Shown here: positions 38,952-49,176 of the stretch, piece by piece | Layout of the letters: each line of letters opens with the position of its first letter | Numbering within the stretch: the stretch's first letter is position 1 | Assembly: GCA_035491515.1 (NCBI GenBank) | Contig: DATJKM010000164.1 | Location: 7,640 to 71,639, forward strand | Source of the DNA: Candidatus Udaeobacter sp. | GTDB lineage: Bacteria; Bacillota; Bacilli; Paenibacillales; Paenibacillaceae | Length of the DNA stretch: 64,000 nt | Direction of reading: 5' to 3' | Position numbers and translations under genes: made by a program | Notes under the pieces: generated by a model | Databases searched by the model: none | The model's input: the letters and a program-made list of their open reading frames with translations, nothing else | Told to the model about the DNA's origin: nothing

Positions 38952-39968
38952 TTACTTTTTCGCTACATACTTGCGAATATCGAATGCGACGGCAACGACG
39001 ATAATCAAGCCTTTAATAATCAGCTGCCAGTTCGGATTAATACCGATATAAGTCAAACCATAGTTGATGACGGTGAAAATGAGAACCCCTGCTATAATTC
39101 CCTTCACGCGGCCTACGCCCCCGGTCGTCGAAACGCCGCCGACGACACACGCCGCAATGGCATCAAGCTCATACATGTTACCGTAGTTGTTCGACGCACC
39201 GCCTGTGCGCGCCGCTTCCAGTACGCCGGCCAAGCCGTACAAAGCGCCTGCGATCGCATAAATCCACATTAGGTTGCGTGCAACGTTAATACCGGATACA
39301 TGCGCCGCCTGAATGTTGCCGCCAATCGCGTACATGTTTTTGCCAAGGCGGGTTTTATTGAATACGACCCAAACGATAAAAGCTACGAAAATAGCGATGA
39401 GAACGATATACGGAATGGAGAATTGACCGCCGCCAATCGCGCCTGTTCCAAGCTCCGTGAAATCCTTGCGCAAACCGCCGATCGGCTGCGAGTTGTTCGG
39501 CGGCATATCGAAGTAGAGCGAGTTCGCCCCGTAAACCGCGACCATCGTGCCGAGTGTCGCAATGAACGGCGGAACGTTAAACTTCGCTACAATGATACCG
39601 TTTAGAAGTCCGACCAGCAAACCAACCACAATCGCAATAACGATCGGGATAGCGAGCCACAGCTCAGGCATGTTAGGGAAAAACTTGCTGGCGTAATCCG
39701 GCATTTGCAGCATCGATGCGGATACGACTGCACTGAGGCCGACTACGCGACCTGCCGACAAGTCTGTGCCCGCGGTAATAAGTACAAAAGCAGCGCCAAG
39801 TGCAATGATAACCCTCGTCGAGGATTGCACCATCATATCTCTAAGCGTTGTAATCGACAAAAAGTTTGCATCGATAATTGCGATTCCTAAGATCAATGCG
39901 ACAAGCACAATCCAAATTGCGTTTTGCGAAAATATATTTTTTAGCTTTAAGCCTTTAGCAGCGTCCAT
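38952..39968 (-). CDS. mglC: galactose/methyl-galactoside ABC transporter permease
   Basis: BPD_transp_2-type 338-aa permease downstream of mglA/mglB homologs. Confidence 0.8.
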   Translation of the reverse strand: MDAAKGLKLKNIFSQNAIWIVLVALILGIAIIDANFLSITTLRDMMVQSSTRVIIALGAAFVLITAGTDLSAGRVVGLSAVVSASMLQMPDYASKFFPNMPELWLAIPIVIAIVVGLLVGLLNGIIVAKFNVPPFIATLGTMVAVYGANSLYFDMPPNNSQPIGGLRKDFTELGTGAIGGGQFSIPYIVLIAIFVAFIVWVVFNKTRLGKNMYAIGGNIQAAHVSGINVARNLMWIYAIAGALYGLAGVLEAARTGGASNNYGNMYELDAIAACVVGGVSTTGGVGRVKGIIAGVLIFTVINYGLTYIGINPNWQLIIKGLIIVVAVAFDIRKYVAKK

Positions 39969-39998
39969 TTGTCTTAACCTCCTTTAAATCCTCTATCA

Positions 39999-41516
39999 TT
40001 AGCCCGTCTGTGCCGCGAGCCGCATAATACTTTGTTCACTCGCCGTATTGCCGTTTAGAATGCCTGTCGAGCGCCCTTCCGACATCACCATGATGCGGTC
40101 CGACATCCCGATCAGCTCCGGCATTTCCGACGAAATCATAATGATGCTCTTTCCTAGCTTCGCGAGCTCGATAATAATGCTGTAAATCTCATACTTCGCG
40201 CCGATATCGATGCCCCGTGTCGGTTCATCCAGCAGCAAAATATCGGGATCGGTAAGCAGCCAACGAGCCAGCAGCACCTTCTGCTGATTGCCCCCTGATA
40301 AATTGCGGATAAGCTGATCGACAGACGGCGTTTTCGTTTTGAATTTCTCAACGCCACTCACTGCCTCTTTTCTCATCTTTGACTCATTCAGGAAGCCGAA
40401 GCGGTTTTCGTAAATGCCCAAGTTAGCAATAGCGGTATTCTCCATCACGGACAAGACTGGAAAAATACCGGTTACCCGCCGCTCTTCCGTTAGCAGCGCT
40501 ATTTTGTGCTTCTTCGCATCAATGGGCGACTTAACGGTAATCGGCTTGCCATTCTTATAAATAGCACCCGATTTCACAGAACGAAGTCCGAACAGCGCTT
40601 CGACCAGCTCCGTCCGCTGCGCGCCGACAAGACCGCCTATGCCAAGTATTTCCCCTTTGCGAAGCTCAAACGATACGTCTTTAAAGGAATGCGCATGCGG
40701 CGAAGTTAACCCTTCCACCCGCAGCATGACATCGCCAGGCTTGTTGGTCCGCTCCGGGAACCGTTCAGATAAATCGCGGCCAACCATACGGGTAATAATG
40801 GTATCGATCGTCAGCTCAGGCGCCGGCCAAGTGCCGATATATTTACCGTCCCGCATAATCGTAACATCGTCCGATATGCGCAAAATTTCTTCCATTTTGT
40901 GCGAAATATAAATAATGGAAACGCCGCGTGCCCGCAGCTTGTTAATAATAGCGAACAGCTGCTCCACCTCATTGCCAGTAAGCGATGAAGTCGGCTCATC
41001 CATTACGATAATTTTCGAGTTGAACGATACCGCTTTGGCAATTTCGAGCGATTGAATTTTGGATACCGACAACTCGCCGACAAGCTGGTTCGGGTCGATC
41101 GCCATATTTAAATCCTCGAACAGCGCTACCGTATCGCGGTACATCTTTTTATGATCAATGAACCGGAAAGGCGGAATGCCTTTGACCGGAAATCTGCCAA
41201 GCCAAATGTTTTCCATCACGCTGCGCTGCGGCACCGGATGAAGCTCCTGATGAATCATGGAGACGCCGTAGTTCAATGCGTCTTTCGAGTTTTTAATGTC
41301 GACCTTCTGTTCATCCAGAAAAATTTCGCCGGCATCCGGCTTGTAAATGCCAAACAAGCATTTCATCAATGTAGATTTACCTGCACCATTCTCGCCCATG
41401 AGAGCGTGAACCGTGCCGGGACGTACTTTCAGCGTTACATTGTCCAGCGCTTTAACACCCGGAAACGTCTTCGTAATCCCATTCATTTCAAGTAAATAAG
41501 GATGCTGCTTTGCCAT
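39999..41516 (-). CDS. mglA: galactose/methyl-galactoside ABC transporter ATP-binding protein (duplicated ATPase)
   Basis: Two Walker A/signature sets (GENGAGKST; LSGGNQQK); start after AAAGGAGG. Confidence 0.85.
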   Translation of the reverse strand: MAKQHPYLLEMNGITKTFPGVKALDNVTLKVRPGTVHALMGENGAGKSTLMKCLFGIYKPDAGEIFLDEQKVDIKNSKDALNYGVSMIHQELHPVPQRSVMENIWLGRFPVKGIPPFRFIDHKKMYRDTVALFEDLNMAIDPNQLVGELSVSKIQSLEIAKAVSFNSKIIVMDEPTSSLTGNEVEQLFAIINKLRARGVSIIYISHKMEEILRISDDVTIMRDGKYIGTWPAPELTIDTIITRMVGRDLSERFPERTNKPGDVMLRVEGLTSPHAHSFKDVSFELRKGEILGIGGLVGAQRTELVEALFGLRSVKSGAIYKNGKPITVKSPIDAKKHKIALLTEERRVTGIFPVLSVMENTAIANLGIYENRFGFLNESKMRKEAVSGVEKFKTKTPSVDQLIRNLSGGNQQKVLLARWLLTDPDILLLDEPTRGIDIGAKYEIYSIIIELAKLGKSIIMISSEMPELIGMSDRIMVMSEGRSTGILNGNTASEQSIMRLAAQTG

Positions 41517-41622
41517 CGTATAGCCTCCTTTTGTCCAGTCCGCCAAGCAAGCGGGCGAAAAAAAACAGGGGCAGCGCAAGTGCCGTTATTCCCCTGCTCT
41601 TGATCATTCATCTCTGTACGTA

Positions 41623-42633
41623 TTATTTGCTCTCTTTTGTTACCTTTTGGTACGGAATCCAAACATATTTGCCGTCTGTAATTTCAAAGCCTGTATTTTC
41701 TTTCGTCGGCGTTTCGCCTTTCGCAAGAACGTTCATAAGCTCTACCGTCGCTTTACCTTGGTTTTCCGCATCGTTCAGAACGGTACCGAGCAGTGTGCCT
41801 TCTTTAAGCGCCTGTTGTGCAGGATCCGTTGCGTCTACGCCGACAACCGGCATATATTTATCGCCTTTGAAGTAGCCTGCCGCTTTCAAAGCTTCGATTG
41901 CTCCAAGCGCCATATCATCGTTGTTTGCTAGAACCGCTTCGATATTGTCGCCTTTGGACGAAAGGAATGCTGCCATTTTCTCTTGTCCTTTTACGCGGTC
42001 CCACATCGCTGTGTCTTCTGCAAGCTTCTCGACTTTAATGCCTGCATCCTGAATCGCCTGTACGGAGAATTTCGTCCGCAGCTCAGCGTCCTGGTGACCC
42101 GGCTCGCCTTTTAGCATAACGTATTGCAGTACGCCGTCGCCGTTTTTATCGGCTTCCGGATGCGCTTTCCAGTACTCCGCAATAATTTCGCCTTCCATCG
42201 TACCGGACTCTTCAGCCTTTGCGCCTACAAAAAACGCTTTGTCCCATTTCGCCAAATCATCTGCAAGCGGTTCGCGGTTAATGAATACGACCGGAATGTT
42301 CGCCTTTTGCGCTTTGTCGATAATAATGCCTGCAGCCGTACGGTCAACCGGATTGACCGACATCGCTTTTACCTTTTTCGTAATAAACAAATCGACTTTA
42401 TCATTTTGTGTCGGCTGCGAGTTTTGACTATCTACGATGTCTACTGTCAATTTACCCTCTGCCGCTTTGTCAATCGCGTTTCGCACGCCGCTCATGAATG
42501 TATCGTCAAATTTATAAATCGCCACGCCTGCTTTTGCAAGGCCGCTTGTGCTTCCCTCGCTGTTAGAACTTCCGCAACCTGCCGCTGTAACCGCTAATGC
42601 TCCAATAATGAAAGCAGCTGTCCACTTTTTCAT
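41623..42633 (-). CDS. mglB: galactose/glucose-binding lipoprotein
   Basis: Collinear with E. coli MglB (IYKFDDTFMS...LKGEPGHQDAELRT...DTAMWD...ANNDDMALGAIEALK...GTVLNDAENQ); lipobox AAGCGS. Confidence 0.85.
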   Translation of the reverse strand: MKKWTAAFIIGALAVTAAGCGSSNSEGSTSGLAKAGVAIYKFDDTFMSGVRNAIDKAAEGKLTVDIVDSQNSQPTQNDKVDLFITKKVKAMSVNPVDRTAAGIIIDKAQKANIPVVFINREPLADDLAKWDKAFFVGAKAEESGTMEGEIIAEYWKAHPEADKNGDGVLQYVMLKGEPGHQDAELRTKFSVQAIQDAGIKVEKLAEDTAMWDRVKGQEKMAAFLSSKGDNIEAVLANNDDMALGAIEALKAAGYFKGDKYMPVVGVDATDPAQQALKEGTLLGTVLNDAENQGKATVELMNVLAKGETPTKENTGFEITDGKYVWIPYQKVTKESK

Positions 42634-42745
42634 CTTTATAACCCCCTGGTGGATTAATTAACTACTCTTTCATTATGTCGTAGTTTGCGGATGATTCACA
42701 TTTAATATCCTCATCACTTTTATTAAAATCCTCATGTGTTTGCGT

Positions 42746-43729
42746 TTATTGAACGACAGGGAACAGTAATTTTTGATTTTTAAGCCAAAACATATTTTCT
42801 TTTGTAATGAGCTCCACGCTCATTTCCACCCGGGATGGAATCGTTCGGCCCTGAGCAGCTTCGATCGCATGCTTGACGCTGAGATAACCCATACTGAACG
42901 GATTTTGCACGATTAACGTTTGCAGCTGATTTTCCTGAAGCAGTTCCAGAAGCTCGGGCGAGCTGTCGAAACCAACCAGCTTAATCTTATCGCCAGCTTG
43001 CCTCCGCTTAAGCTCCAGTGCTACTCCAATTGAAGTTTCCGTATTCAGCGATAAAATACCGTCAACCTTCTGCTTGTCCAAGATGCCGCTAACGGTTTGC
43101 TGGCATGCCCCGTATTCCTCCGAGCATGTTTGGCGGTCTACGAGGTGAACGCCCTTATACTCCGCTGCGGCATCACGGATGCCCCGCTCCCGCAGCGCGC
43201 CGTTAATGCCTCCTTTATTAAACGCTACGATAGCGATGTCTCCTTCGCCTCCAAGATGCCCGGCCATCTCACGCAGCGCTTCTTTCCCGGCCAAGTAGTT
43301 GTCCATACCGACATAAGAAGCCGTCTTCCCCGACGTCAGAATGCTGTCGATCGCAATTACGGGAATATGCCGCTTCGCGGCTTCCTTCAGGAACGGCTCG
43401 AATGCCGCATCGGCGTTCGCCCCGAGCACGATGGCACCCGGCTGCGCTTCCAGCGATTGCATCGCCGTTTGCAGCTGACCCTGGACATCCCCTTCATCGG
43501 CTCCGGCGGATATATGAAGGTTAATGCCGAATTCCTTAACGGCTGTCTGCGCCCCCATCGTCACATTTTGCCAGTAGTCTCCTTTGCTTGTGCGGAGAAT
43601 AAGCTGTATCGTCTCGCCGGTTTGCTCCTGCTTCGGCTCCTTGTTACCTGGATATAGCGCAGAGTAGAGCAAGAAGGCCGCTATGATCAGGAGCAGCCAG
43701 CTGACTATGCTTCCTTTGTTTTTAAACAT
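42746..43729 (-). CDS. membrane-anchored periplasmic-binding-protein paralog (probable co-sensor)
   Basis: N-terminal TM helix plus Peripla_BP-type fold. Its ATG overlaps the kinase stop (TAATG). Confidence 0.75.
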   Translation of the reverse strand: MFKNKGSIVSWLLLIIAAFLLYSALYPGNKEPKQEQTGETIQLILRTSKGDYWQNVTMGAQTAVKEFGINLHISAGADEGDVQGQLQTAMQSLEAQPGAIVLGANADAAFEPFLKEAAKRHIPVIAIDSILTSGKTASYVGMDNYLAGKEALREMAGHLGGEGDIAIVAFNKGGINGALRERGIRDAAAEYKGVHLVDRQTCSEEYGACQQTVSGILDKQKVDGILSLNTETSIGVALELKRRQAGDKIKLVGFDSSPELLELLQENQLQTLIVQNPFSMGYLSVKHAIEAAQGRTIPSRVEMSVELITKENMFWLKNQKLLFPVVQ

Positions 43730-45477
43730 TAAGAACGGTCCCCTCCTTCGATTTGCTTAGGTATAAGAGCGGGGAACCGAATCGTAACGGTTGTGCCGAC
43801 CTCCTGCTCGCTTTCAAAATGCAGCCCATATGCATCGCCGAAATAAAGCCGGATCCTTTCCTGCACGTTCTTAACGCCAACACCAGATCCTTTCGAGCTT
43901 ACGGCTGTTCCCGACAAAATTTTGCCCAGCTGTTCCGCAGACATGCCGAGCCCATTATCGCTAACCTTGATGACCACTTCGCTGCCGTCAAGCTTTACGG
44001 ATACAGCTATATGGCCCTTATCGACGGACGGCTCAATGCCGTGCATCAACGCATTCTCGATGAGCGGCTGTATGATAAGCTTCAAGGTTACAAAAGAAAG
44101 CGCCTCTTGCTGCAGCTCAAAGGAATAGTCGAATTTATTTTTGAATCGCATTTGCTGAATGATCAAATAGTTGCGCGCATGCTCCATCTCATCCGCGATC
44201 GTAATCAAACTCTTCCCTTTGCCTATGCTGATTCGGAACAGCTTGGACAGCGCGGTAATCGTCGTGATGACCTCTTCGTTCTTATTCATGCCAACCATGC
44301 GTACGACCGTGTTTAACGTGTTGTATAGAAAATGCGGATTGATCTGCGCCTGCAGCGCTTCCAGCTCATACTTCCGTTTACTCTCCTGCTCCGTTACAAT
44401 CCGGTTCATCAACTGCTTGATGGTACCGATCATAATGTTAAACCGATCCGCCAGATGCTTGATTTCAAGCGGCCCCTCGCCGCTGACAGTCAGATCGAAA
44501 TCGCCCCGCTCCACGCTTTTCATCGATAGCTCCAGACGCCTGATTGGCCTTGATATGCGGCTGGCTACCAAGCTGGACAATAGAAACACAATGAGTGCTA
44601 ATGCGATCAGCAGCTTAGTCATCGAACGGTTCAATTCCGAGCTTGTCGTCATGACCTCATCCATATACGATACGCCGACCACCTTCCAGCCGACGTTGCC
44701 GATCGTCTGGACGCTTATCATTTTCGCTTCCTCTGCAGATTCATCGATAAAGCTGCCATAGGTATACTTAAGCGCAAGCTCGACATTCTCTTCCTTCAAG
44801 TTCGGATAAATGAGCTCAAGCTGCGGGTGATACACGATGTTGCCCGCCGATTCGTCGAGGATGTACACGTACCCTTTCTGCCCAAGGCTGATCCGCTCAG
44901 ACAGCTCGTCAATCGTGTTGAAATTGACATCCATCAGCAGCACGCCATGCACCTGCTTGCCGTTATGCTGGACGGTGATGCTTTTGCTGAGCGATACGAC
45001 CCAGCGGAACTGCTGCTTGTACAAATTCTGCACGTGGGGAAGCGATATGGACAAATGGCCTGCGGTATCGAGCGCGCTTCGGAACCAGCCTTCCTTCGAA
45101 ACCTGCAGCGTGTCTTTCAATTCGACGTTCGGCAGGTCGAGCATAAGCTCCCCCCTATCGTCAAACAAAGCAAGCGCTACCGTATCGGTACGCGTGGACA
45201 TCATCGATTCCAGCTGATTCCGCATCGCATCGGAGCTCACATCATCGCTTTTGCCGATTGCATGATGCACCATGTTGAACAGATCCGATGTCACCTCCAC
45301 ATAATTTTCGAGATTATAGCTGGCCTGATCGACGATCTGCTGCGAGTTGCGAAACGCGTTTTCCTTGGCGGTCGCCGAGAATCGGCCATACAGCACAACG
45401 CTGACAAGCAAAATAATGAAAATAGAAAACAGCGTGATCGATACCGTTAAAATATACTGAATGCTTCTGCGCTGCAT
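43729..45477 (-). CDS. sensor histidine kinase (YesM-type with extracellular Cache-like domain)
   Basis: QINPHFLYNTLN H-box and HATPase_c; ATG overlaps the regulator stop (TGATG). Confidence 0.9.
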   Translation of the reverse strand: MQRRSIQYILTVSITLFSIFIILLVSVVLYGRFSATAKENAFRNSQQIVDQASYNLENYVEVTSDLFNMVHHAIGKSDDVSSDAMRNQLESMMSTRTDTVALALFDDRGELMLDLPNVELKDTLQVSKEGWFRSALDTAGHLSISLPHVQNLYKQQFRWVVSLSKSITVQHNGKQVHGVLLMDVNFNTIDELSERISLGQKGYVYILDESAGNIVYHPQLELIYPNLKEENVELALKYTYGSFIDESAEEAKMISVQTIGNVGWKVVGVSYMDEVMTTSSELNRSMTKLLIALALIVFLLSSLVASRISRPIRRLELSMKSVERGDFDLTVSGEGPLEIKHLADRFNIMIGTIKQLMNRIVTEQESKRKYELEALQAQINPHFLYNTLNTVVRMVGMNKNEEVITTITALSKLFRISIGKGKSLITIADEMEHARNYLIIQQMRFKNKFDYSFELQQEALSFVTLKLIIQPLIENALMHGIEPSVDKGHIAVSVKLDGSEVVIKVSDNGLGMSAEQLGKILSGTAVSSKGSGVGVKNVQERIRLYFGDAYGLHFESEQEVGTTVTIRFPALIPKQIEGGDRS

Positions 45478-47126
45478 CACTTCTCCTCCGCCAGGCCGCT
45501 TCTGTATTCTTTAGCAGACACTCCCGCGTATTTCTTAAAGCTGAGGCTGAAATAGTTCGGGTCCGCGAAGCCGACCTTTTCGGCAATTTCGAATGCTTTA
45601 AGCTCCGTGGTCCGAAGCAGCTCCTTGGCCGCCTCCATACGAAGCTGCAGCAAATAGGCGCCGAACGTCATTTTCAGCTCTTTCTTGAACAAACCGCTGA
45701 AATAGCCTGCGCTAATATGCAGCTGCGAGCAAAGCTTCGATATGGATAAATCACTTTCGTGATAATGGCTCTTCGTATAGCTAACGGCATCCTCTACAAT
45801 TTGCTTATACGTATGCTGCCTGCGGCTGGCGATGCGGCTGCGCACCTTCGCACACAGCTCGCCGAACCATGCCTTCGTTTCCTGCACACTGTTCAGCTTC
45901 TGATATTGATTCAAAATCCCCCATCCCCCCGCGAATATATCATCGGTCTCGTTATCATGGACTTTTGTCAATTTGATTATCGCCGTTACCATTTCGAGCA
46001 AATAATGCTGGTATTCGTGTACAGGCGCCTGACTGCGGGCGATTTCGTCGAACAGCCCCTCTATTACCTCTTCCAGCTCCTTCTCTGTACCCAGCTTGAT
46101 CGTACGAATCAGATTCTGCTCCTTCCATTCGTCGAAGAGGAGCTTCTCATGAACGCGGTTTTCCATATCATCGATGCAGATGATCAGGTTATTGCCAAGA
46201 ATGCGCCGATAATCGAGAGCTACCGTGGCAGCTTCGTACGCATATTTCAGGCTGCCGATATCCCGCGTGAACGTTCCGACGCCGATCATAACCGGAAAGC
46301 GTAAAAATCTCTCGATACTTTGCAATATTTCTTTCAGCGCGTCCTGCGTTTGCTCCATGATTGGCACGGCATCTGCCAGCGGGCTTACAGTGAACAGCAC
46401 AACCTGATCTTGATGGATGAACACTTTTCCCAGCTCATGCCTCGTCCATATTTCACTCGCAATGTTGCATACGGAAAACAGCTTCAAGTCCAAATCGGTA
46501 GACGAAGCCAGGGAATAGGAAGCCGGCTTCTCAGCGGGCTCATCCGCATTTTCCGAATGGTTCACCGCAATAATCGATACGACATAGCCTTGTCCTTCCA
46601 GCTTTAAGCCGTATTTCGCCGCTTTCACAGATATATCCCTATGCAGCTGCTTGCGGGTGATCAAGGAAGAGAGAAACTTCTCGCGAACGATGGGCAGACT
46701 TGTGCGGTAATGCTCCTCCAGCAGCGCGATATTGCTCCGCTTCTCCCGCTCCTCATCCATCCGCTTCGCCACTTCCGCAATCGTGTCCGTCAGCTGCTCA
46801 GCTGAGAACGGTTTCAAAACATACGCCTCCACCTGCAGATGAATCGCTTGCTTGGCGTATTCAAACTCATCGTAGCCGGATAAGATGACGATACGGGTAA
46901 TCGGGTACATCTTCCTAGCCCATTCCGAGAGCTCCAGCCCGTTCATGTATGGCATACTAATATCAGTAATGAGCACGTCAGGCTCCATTTTCTCAAACAA
47001 CTCCATCGCTTCCTTGCCGTTTCCAGCTGTTCTTACCTCCGAGAAGCCGCAGCTCTTCCAGTCGATTTCTACCATTAATCCTTCCGTAACTTCCGGCTCG
47101 TCATCAACGAGCAGCAGCTTGTACAT
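45477..47126 (-). CDS. response regulator, CheY + AraC HTH
   Basis: MYKLLLVDDEPEV...DISMPYMNG and C-terminal HTH_18; start after AGGGGGAG. Confidence 0.9.
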   Translation of the reverse strand: MYKLLLVDDEPEVTEGLMVEIDWKSCGFSEVRTAGNGKEAMELFEKMEPDVLITDISMPYMNGLELSEWARKMYPITRIVILSGYDEFEYAKQAIHLQVEAYVLKPFSAEQLTDTIAEVAKRMDEEREKRSNIALLEEHYRTSLPIVREKFLSSLITRKQLHRDISVKAAKYGLKLEGQGYVVSIIAVNHSENADEPAEKPASYSLASSTDLDLKLFSVCNIASEIWTRHELGKVFIHQDQVVLFTVSPLADAVPIMEQTQDALKEILQSIERFLRFPVMIGVGTFTRDIGSLKYAYEAATVALDYRRILGNNLIICIDDMENRVHEKLLFDEWKEQNLIRTIKLGTEKELEEVIEGLFDEIARSQAPVHEYQHYLLEMVTAIIKLTKVHDNETDDIFAGGWGILNQYQKLNSVQETKAWFGELCAKVRSRIASRRQHTYKQIVEDAVSYTKSHYHESDLSISKLCSQLHISAGYFSGLFKKELKMTFGAYLLQLRMEAAKELLRTTELKAFEIAEKVGFADPNYFSLSFKKYAGVSAKEYRSGLAEEK

Positions 47127-47392
47127 ATAGCTCCCCCTAAAAACATTGCTTTGGGCACGACGCCTTGTTAAAGGCTTCCTGCCGCCACTATCATTTTGCC
47201 ACAGATTTCGCCTTTGTAAATAAAAGATCATTTTGATTCGTTTAGCTTTTGACATTCACATGCCTTATTATTCGTTTTGTATTTCGCCGGTGCTGGCTAT
47301 TTGCTCATAAAATTGCTATATTACGTAAGATGAGTTAGATTTCTTATACAGATAATAGACTCCTTAGACTAAAGAATGTGCAGGTGGCAATC

Positions 47393-47773
47393 ATGATTGA
47401 GATAAAGACATCCAAGCTTAGTGATGGAGAGTTAAATAGAGGGGTTTTTGCGACACGCGATATTGCAAAAGGTGATCTGATACACGAAGCACCGGTCATT
47501 CCCTTCCTAAATGAGGAGCATGTTCACATAGAGAAAACGATACTTGCCGATTACGTGTTTGAGTATGGCGCTAACCATACGGCTATCCTGCTGGGCTATG
47601 GCATGCTGTTCAACCATTCCTATACGCCTAACGCCTATTATGATCTTAATTTTGACAATCACACAGTCGATTTCTATGCCCATACTGCGATAACCGCAGG
47701 GGAAGAAATCCTCATTAACTATAACGGCGAGGTCGATTGTGAAGATCCTCTGTGGTTTAATGAAACGAAGTAA
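47393..47773 (+). CDS. SET domain-containing protein
   Basis: GVFATRDIAKGDLI..., MLFNHSYTPNA (NHS motif) and GEEILINYNG (ELxxxY-like). Confidence 0.7.
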   Translation: MIEIKTSKLSDGELNRGVFATRDIAKGDLIHEAPVIPFLNEEHVHIEKTILADYVFEYGANHTAILLGYGMLFNHSYTPNAYYDLNFDNHTVDFYAHTAITAGEEILINYNGEVDCEDPLWFNETK

Positions 47774-47774
47774 C

Positions 47775-47823
47775 AAAAAGAGGCAGGTCAGCGCAAAATA
47801 CGCTGATCTGCCTCTTTTGTTTC
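47775..47823. terminator. bidirectional terminator
   Basis: AAAGAGGCAGGTCAGCG / CGCTGATCTGCCTCTTT stem. Confidence 0.75.
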
Positions 47824-47834
47824 TGCTTGCATGC

Positions 47835-48578
47835 TTATATAAATCCCCCGTTAACACGAATCGTTTGACCGGTTATCCACTGTGATTCCTGACTGGACAG
47901 AAACAAGACAACCTTCGAAATATCCTCCGGCTCACCCAATCGTCCAAAAGAATTCATATTCGCAATCGCAGAAATTTGTTCCTCCGTTTTTCCAACTGTG
48001 AAGAGCTCCGTGTTAACCGGTCCAGGTGCGACCGCGTTGATCGTAATCCCTTTAGGACCAAGCTCTTTGGAGAGCTGACGCGTAAACTGTTCAACGGCAC
48101 CTTTCGTTCCTGCATACACGCTGTAGGCTGGGAACATCGAACCGTTAACCGAAGTCGAGAAATTAATAATGCGTCCATTATCGTTCATATGTCTAGCCGC
48201 TTGCTGACAAGCAAAGTAAGTACCCTTCACATTAATAGCAAACTGCTTGTCGAAATCTTCTTCCGTTATGCTCGCTATTGGTTTCGTAATCATAATGCCG
48301 GCGTTATTGATTAGAATGTCTACTTGTCCGTATGCTTCCAGCGTTTTGCGGAACAACATCTCTATTTCTGCCACACTGCTAATGTCTGCTTGAATCGCTA
48401 CAGCTTCTCCGCCCCGCTGCTTAATGCCGTCCACAACTTCCTCTGCTTTGTCCGGGTTGCTTGCGTAATTTACTACAACCTTCGCTCCGTTCCGGGCTAA
48501 TTCCTCAGCGATTTCACGTCCGATTCCTCTCGATGCACCCGTTACCAAGGCTACTTTGCCAGCTAATTTATGCTCCAT
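47835..48578 (-). CDS. SDR family oxidoreductase (FabG-like)
   Basis: TGASRGIG cofactor motif, NNAG, YxxxK (YAGTK). Confidence 0.85.
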   Translation of the reverse strand: MEHKLAGKVALVTGASRGIGREIAEELARNGAKVVVNYASNPDKAEEVVDGIKQRGGEAVAIQADISSVAEIEMLFRKTLEAYGQVDILINNAGIMITKPIASITEEDFDKQFAINVKGTYFACQQAARHMNDNGRIINFSTSVNGSMFPAYSVYAGTKGAVEQFTRQLSKELGPKGITINAVAPGPVNTELFTVGKTEEQISAIANMNSFGRLGEPEDISKVVLFLSSQESQWITGQTIRVNGGFI

Positions 48579-48614
48579 AATTGATTCCTCCCCGGAATGT
48601 TTTCTTATATTTTG

Positions 48615-48643
48615 ATTATATGTGCATAACAAACAAATATCAA
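48615..48643 (-). promoter_or_regulatory. candidate sigma-A promoter of the SDR gene
   Basis: On minus strand TTGATA-17 nt-TATAAT. Confidence 0.45.
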
Positions 48644-48668
48644 GTGACAAATTTATATTTTTGTCACT
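48643..48668. promoter_or_regulatory. palindromic operator candidate AGTGACA-N12-TGTCACT
   Basis: Perfect 7-bp arms abutting the -35 of the SDR promoter; same architecture as 49873-49898. Confidence 0.5.
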
Positions 48669-48751
48669 TATTTAAAAAATATGATTTGCAATTGGAATTC
48701 ACTCATTATGAAAAGTTAAACTAGCCCATGGTATGTCGATAGACTGTTGCC

Positions 48752-49046
48752 CAGATGCTTATATGGTGGGGTTTTTTCTGCCATAGATCTATTTTTTAGA
48801 CTTATTTCTGCGAATGGAGCTGGTTTGACAGGAATAGATCTAGATTTTAGACCTATTTTCAGTGGAAGGTGCCTAGATGCTCATTTGGTGAGGGGTTATG
48901 CTGCAATAGATCTTTTTTCTAGACTTATTTCTGTGAATGGAGCTGGTTTGACAGAAATAGATCTAGATTTTAGACCTATTTTCAGTGGAAGGTACCTCCT
49001 AGATGCTCATTTGGTGAGTGCGCGCTCCAATAGGTTTATTTTCTAA
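48752..49046. repeat. about 124-bp tandem direct repeat, about 2.3 copies, each with two AATAGATCT/AGAYYTATT hairpins
   Basis: Units 48752-48872, 48873-48998 and partial 48999-49046; near-identical by eye. Confidence 0.8.
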
Positions 49047-49176
49047 ATGTTTCCGCGTTTTTCCACAACGTGTTTTTGTACAATTTAATTGCATTTACTG
49101 CTGGACATAGTAGAAGGAGCTATCCTTCAAGGTCCATACCTTTTGAGACAGCTCCATCCTATGTTTTCTAATTAGA

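Noticed and set aside
48747-49046. 99-aa ORF (MPRCLYGGVF...IDLDFRPIFSGR...) as a protein-coding gene
   Set aside because: Its internal repetition simply mirrors the 124-bp DNA tandem repeat. There is no RBS, the start lies in the repeat, and the composition is not protein-like.
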